IMG/VR virus record: IMGVR_UViG_3300028789_000005
DNA length: 64,000 bases
From: a virus
Taxonomy: Duplodnaviria > Heunggongvirae > Uroviricota > Caudoviricetes
Strand: one strand, 5' to 3'
The notes under the pieces were generated by a model. The model was not told the DNA's origin and made no database searches. It saw only the letters and a program-made list of their open reading frames with translations. Shown piece by piece: positions 59,924 through 64,000 of this stretch. Positions within the stretch are counted from its first letter, which is position 1, and each line of letters opens with the position of its first letter. The position numbers and the translations under genes are program-made.

Positions 59924-62900
59924 TTAAGGTTGGCACTGGTAGTTAATGGTTACTGTGGTGCCCAGGATTGTGGCGGTGTTGGTGAAGCTGACGCCTGTTG
60001 CCGTTGCGACTGAGTTCCCGATGCCTAGACTAGCCCCGCCGTTCTGCGTAGCGGTGCAAGCGTACGCCGTAGTAGTCGTGGGCCACACCAACGTCAAGAA
60101 CGTACCAGTCGCAAACGTGCCACCCGCGACAGAGTAAGTTCCTCGCAGATTCGTGCACGTCGCCGTCAGGCAGGTGATCGTTCCCGTTCCACTGCCGCCT
60201 CCGGCGGAGGTGATCGGATTGGAGATGGCGGTGTATGGGTGCGCTATGTTCGCGTTCGGTAGAAGTCCGGTGACTCCTCCAGCCGAGCCGCTGGCCAAAT
60301 TGACGGTGGAGAAGTTCATGAGGGACGTGAATTCCGACCCGCCGTTTAGAGTCAGCTTGAACAAGTGAGAGGAGTCTGCGCGGATAGTGTCCACACCAGC
60401 CGCTGCGGTAACGGGCGTTCCTGCTTCCGCAAAGGCGCCACAACCAGATACTCCAGCGCCACAGGTCGGAGGTGATGAACCGAGCGCAAGGCTCGTTGCC
60501 GTCAAAGTGGTGAACGCTCCGCTATTCGGCGTCGTGGATCCGATTGCACCCGGGGTCGCCCATGGAATACTTACGCTCGGACAATCTGTTCCATTCTGCA
60601 GGCATGGAAGGATGCCACCGATGGTCGTTCCCGCAGCGAAGGAACTCGCCGCGCTTGTGGCAGTCACCTCCTTGGCTATCACCGTTCCAGTGGGGCCGTT
60701 GTTTCCGAACGTGTAGCTGTTCGCCGAGTAGGTGTAGAGGATGCCGCCGTTGGAGCCCAGCTCGTCGAAGATAAAGTACGGGAGCGGGGTTCCGCCGTTA
60801 GGATTCGCGTCGACAACGCACAGCACGCACCCGTTGTTGCCTGGCGTGAAGTACGAATGGATGAATTGGGAGTATGAGCCGTCGATGTCATACGCAGTGT
60901 TGGCGACCCCATTTCCCGGATTGTTTTGCACGCGCATCCCATACAGGACGTCGACCGGCCCGATGTCATTCAGCGTAATACCGACGCTGGGAAAGCTGAA
61001 GTCGATCCCCGTATACTGCGCCATTCGTATCGTCGCACCCTGGGCCTCGTACTCAGACGAGGAGGAACCAACGACCGAGTCAGCCACGTTCCAAGTCGCG
61101 TGGTTGGTGCAAAGGTTAGCGTCGCCCTGCGTGCCGTTGTTGGTGCCGCAGATCATTGCAGCCCCGTACATCTTGATCTGGGGCAGTGGCGACGTGATGG
61201 TGGCTCCGGTGCCCGTCTCGGTCGCTCCGGACTGTGTCCACGTGAGGACGATGTTGTAGAGGTTTAGCGTGTTCGAAGCGACGGTGAAAGTCCCGTTCAG
61301 GTCGGACGGTGTCGCCCCGCTGACGACGATGGTCGAACCGGCGGGCCAGAAGTAGGGGGGAAAGTTGGTGTTCGGAGCCGTGGCCGTCACCACGCCCGTG
61401 CCGCTGTTGCGTGAGAGCGACAGGTTGGGCAGGAGGTTCGCGCTTGGCTTGACGACGTTTCCGTTGCCCGCGCAGCTTCCCTTTACGCAATGCCCGAAGA
61501 TTACATGGGTGGAGTCGATGGCGCCAGCGATGAAATCGACCGTGGCCACTGTTGAACCGTTCGGGCCTAGAACCTGCCCGCCCGGGCCGCCCTGCCCGAT
61601 AAAGTCTCCCGTGTGGAATGGATACTGCGATTCAAGCACGATGGTCTGAGTTCCGCCGCCGAGTGTCCCGACGCTGGTGACAGTGTCCTCTTCCTCCTTC
61701 GTTCCGACTTGGAAGATATCTGAGCCCGTCGCGAAGCCTGCTACGTTCGTTCCACCGAGGACGTTGATCGTGCAGTTCTGCGCGCCGTACACGCCGAAGT
61801 TTCCTTGGAGCGAACTCGTGCAGCTCGCGATGGTTCCATAGGCCGTCGAGGGCGTTACGGTACCCGAACTTAGGGTGTACTCATTGGCTCCGTCCACGTT
61901 GGGCGTGTAGACGCTTACCGTATATGGCCCCGAGACCCCGGTGGTCTGATTGACCATAAACAGCCCAACCGGAAACTGGTTGGAATTAGCGGGCATTTCA
62001 CTCCAGTCGCCCGCCTGCGATGGCCCGGTAACCACGAGCAGCGTAGTACTATTGGCCCCCGAGGTGGCAGATACCACGGGACCGAATAGTTCGCCCACTT
62101 GCTTGATGTGGACGCACTTCCAGCAGCCGCCCTCGTCATTAGCGTTCACCAAGTTTATGACCGCGGACATGTAGTCGTAGCTGCAGTGGGTGTCGCCCTC
62201 GGAGGTGTGCGCGAAGAGACAGCCCTCATACTGACTGATGCCAGCAGTTGCGGACTCGAATGAACCCGGGTGAACCGAAAACACCGACCAGTCGCTGTTG
62301 CCGTTGAAACTCTGACCGCTATTGTGACCGGGGCTGAAGCTGTCGAACGCCGTCTGATCGAATTGGAAGCTGTTGCTCGGCGTCGTGTTGGTTTCGGTGA
62401 ATCCGTAGGACGTGCCAGTTGACTGCGTGACGAACTGATTGCTGGTTCCGGCGTTGTTCACGCAAGTTCCGATAGCGCAGCCCGAGCCTCCCCCACCGAT
62501 GGTGAAGGTGCTTCCCGTCTGCGTTACCCCGGCTCCAACGATGGAGATTGAAGGGCCGGTAACGGTCGTGACAGGGCCGATGACGGACGTTATTCCTGCG
62601 GTCGCTGGACATACCGCGTTCGCCGCCGTGCAGATTAGCGATCCGTTTACCTCGCTACCCGTAGCCGCGAGAATCGGCGCTCCAAACGTGAAGTAGCCTG
62701 GATTTGTAACGTTGTAGTCGAGCAGGGAATTGCCCACAGTCGTGGATGACGTTGCAATCGGAAAGAATCCCGTGGTGAGGCCGGAGAGTCCACCGCCCGT
62801 GCAGCCAACGTTAGTTACCACCGCAGGAGAGCCTGCGGGATAGCAGAGCGGGCTGGTGCTGGGGGTTAGGTAGTTGAGTTCTAGGCCGGTAGGTACAATC

Positions 62901-64000
62901 GTGGTGATTGTAGATCCGGCGTTCTGAAAAGTAACGGAGCCGCCGGGCGCACCACTAACCGCTGCGGTGTTGAATGTGATCGTATTGGTCAGAAATGTTT
63001 CGCAAGCAAAAGGATTCCCCCCGCCGACTTGAGCCTGCGATGAACAGATACTACCAGTTGGGAAAGAGCTTTCGGATTCGTCGTCAAGTGGACCCATGTA
63101 AATCCCATTTACCACATCCGTCCACGCGCTATTTGTCGCCAAGCTTCCCTCTATCCTGAACGGGACTCCTGCGGCACCTTGCACTCCTAACATCGGAGAA
63201 AGTTCTCCGCCTGATCCAAAGTTCTCTTCGTAAACATAGAGAGATGGTTGATTAGTATTGTCTTGGGGACCCACGGTCAGGGGTAGGGATATGGTCACAT
63301 CGCCTGGGTTGGTGATTCCGTTGTCGATGGGCGAGTCACCGAGCGTAGAAGATGTTACAGCATAGGGGAGAAATCCCGCCGTCAAAGAGAATCCGCCACC
63401 CGCCGCAACCCAGTTCCCCTCATCGTTACAGAACAGCCCACTGGGCGTTCCTACGGGCGTGCAGGTGACGAACTGCGACGTAGCGCTCGACTTGCTATTA
63501 ACGAAGTTTCCTCCACCCGGCTGGAACGCGATTCCATTCGGAGCGTATATCCCCCCCTCTGCTGCGAGCAGGTCGGGCATGTAAACCGTGCCGCCGAATG
63601 ACGTCTGGAATGTTACGCCCGGATTGATTCCATTGAACAAGCCACCTTGACCCGACGAGGCCACCTGAAAATTCTGCTGGGTCGTGGGACTAGATGCCTG
63701 TGTGTAGACGGCTCCGATAATATTGGTGTTGATCGGATGAGACACAGCCGCGTATGCGTTACCTCCGCGACGAAGGCTTAGCTGATTCAATACAAGCGAC
63801 GTGGGGGTTGTCGAATCCCAGCATATAAACTCCACCGCTCCGTTCGTCCATCCACATCCCGTAGACGGCCATCCTGCGGTGGACGCTACTGGAATGACAA
63901 GGGATGTCGAGGTGATTGAGGCAGTCGTAGTAAGAGCTGCGCCGACGCTGAATCCGGGGTTATTCTGGTCGAGATTAGCGCAGGTTGGGCCAGCGCAGAA
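59924..64000 (-). CDS. giant (>1358-aa) G/T/S/N-rich fibre/beta-helix-like protein, C-terminal part; N-terminus lies beyond the window end
   Basis: ORF track 59924..63835 begins at an internal GTG, but the frame stays open to the window edge (...FCAGPTCANLDQNNPGFSVGAALTTTASITSTSLVIPVASTAGWPSTGCGWTNGAVEFICWD...). Confidence 0.7.
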   Translation of the reverse strand, partial: FCAGPTCANLDQNNPGFSVGAALTTTASITSTSLVIPVASTAGWPSTGCGWTNGAVEFICWDSTTPTSLVLNQLSLRRGGNAYAAVSHPINTNIIGAVYTQASSPTTQQNFQVASSGQGGLFNGINPGVTFQTSFGGTVYMPDLLAAEGGIYAPNGIAFQPGGGNFVNSKSSATSQFVTCTPVGTPSGLFCNDEGNWVAAGGGFSLTAGFLPYAVTSSTLGDSPIDNGITNPGDVTISLPLTVGPQDNTNQPSLYVYEENFGSGGELSPMLGVQGAAGVPFRIEGSLATNSAWTDVVNGIYMGPLDDESESSFPTGSICSSQAQVGGGNPFACETFLTNTITFNTAAVSGAPGGSVTFQNAGSTITTIVPTGLELNYLTPSTSPLCYPAGSPAVVTNVGCTGGGLSGLTTGFFPIATSSTTVGNSLLDYNVTNPGYFTFGAPILAATGSEVNGSLICTAANAVCPATAGITSVIGPVTTVTGPSISIVGAGVTQTGSTFTIGGGGSGCAIGTCVNNAGTSNQFVTQSTGTSYGFTETNTTPSNSFQFDQTAFDSFSPGHNSGQSFNGNSDWSVFSVHPGSFESATAGISQYEGCLFAHTSEGDTHCSYDYMSAVINLVNANDEGGCWKCVHIKQVGELFGPVVSATSGANSTTLLVVTGPSQAGDWSEMPANSNQFPVGLFMVNQTTGVSGPYTVSVYTPNVDGANEYTLSSGTVTPSTAYGTIASCTSSLQGNFGVYGAQNCTINVLGGTNVAGFATGSDIFQVGTKEEEDTVTSVGTLGGGTQTIVLESQYPFHTGDFIGQGGPGGQVLGPNGSTVATVDFIAGAIDSTHVIFGHCVKGSCAGNGNVVKPSANLLPNLSLSRNSGTGVVTATAPNTNFPPYFWPAGSTIVVSGATPSDLNGTFTVASNTLNLYNIVLTWTQSGATETGTGATITSPLPQIKMYGAAMICGTNNGTQGDANLCTNHATWNVADSVVGSSSSEYEAQGATIRMAQYTGIDFSFPSVGITLNDIGPVDVLYGMRVQNNPGNGVANTAYDIDGSYSQFIHSYFTPGNNGCVLCVVDANPNGGTPLPYFIFDELGSNGGILYTYSANSYTFGNNGPTGTVIAKEVTATSAASSFAAGTTIGGILPCLQNGTDCPSVSIPWATPGAIGSTTPNSGAFTTLTATSLALGSSPPTCGAGVSGCGAFAEAGTPVTAAAGVDTIRADSSHLFKLTLNGGSEFTSLMNFSTVNLASGSAGGVTGLLPNANIAHPYTAISNPITSAGGGSGTGTITCLTATCTNLRGTYSVAGGTFATGTFLTLVWPTTTTAYACTATQNGGASLGIGNSVATATGVSFTNTATILGTTVTINYQCQP

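Noticed and set aside
1-64000. Search for integrase, CI/Cro-type repressor, excisionase, portal, major capsid and tail tube/tape-measure genes
   Set aside because: No convincing tyrosine or serine recombinase motifs and no structural-protein signatures were found by eye in this window. The absence is not proof. The small early ORFs could include repressors that cannot be recognised without profile searches.

Overview
The window reads as a 64-kb arc of a GC-rich tailed-phage genome, not ordinary chromosome. Genes are densely packed, mostly small, and very often joined by 4-nt stop-start overlaps (ATGA/GTGA). The layout runs left to right as follows. (1) Leftward packaging end, 1-3020: terL running off the window, terS, a D-arm-less tRNA-Pro-like element, and a GIY-YIG homing endonuclease. 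(2) AT-rich divergent control region, 3040-3600, with iterons and direct repeats: candidate origin and promoters. (3) Rightward early/replication module, 3625-43967. It holds a TOPRIM/P-loop primase-helicase, a family A DNA polymerase, an ATP-dependent DNA ligase, an SNF2 helicase, Cas4-like and VRR-NUC nucleases, an HNH endonuclease, a dCTP deaminase-like protein, a HAD 5'-nucleotidase, and a DHH phosphoesterase broken by a frameshift in a G5 run. It also holds a Fic protein, J-domain and DUF2786-like proteins, an SPFH protein, a paralogous protein pair, many secreted, lipo- and membrane mini-proteins, and a recurring gYTATAAT promoter-like motif. (4) A palindromic operator/promoter at about 44.0 kb, followed by a rightward module from 44075 to 51897. 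Its tail end, 46589-51659, holds a GT-A glycosyltransferase, an APH-like kinase, a sugar-1-P nucleotidyltransferase, an unknown protein, a ThyA-family enzyme and an HD 5'-deoxynucleotidase. This looks like a candidate nucleotide/DNA hypermodification (glycosylation) system and is the most interesting part of the window. (5) A bidirectional terminator at about 51.9 kb. (6) Leftward lysis genes (a lysin with GH108 and peptidoglycan-binding signatures, a holin-like protein, a lipoprotein, papain-like and NlpC/P60-like peptidases) and three consecutive giant signal-peptide-bearing beta-helix proteins, the last running off the window. No integrase, repressor or CRISPR array was seen. All calls rest on reading the translations by eye, with no database searches, so coordinates of re-trimmed starts may be off by a few nucleotides.
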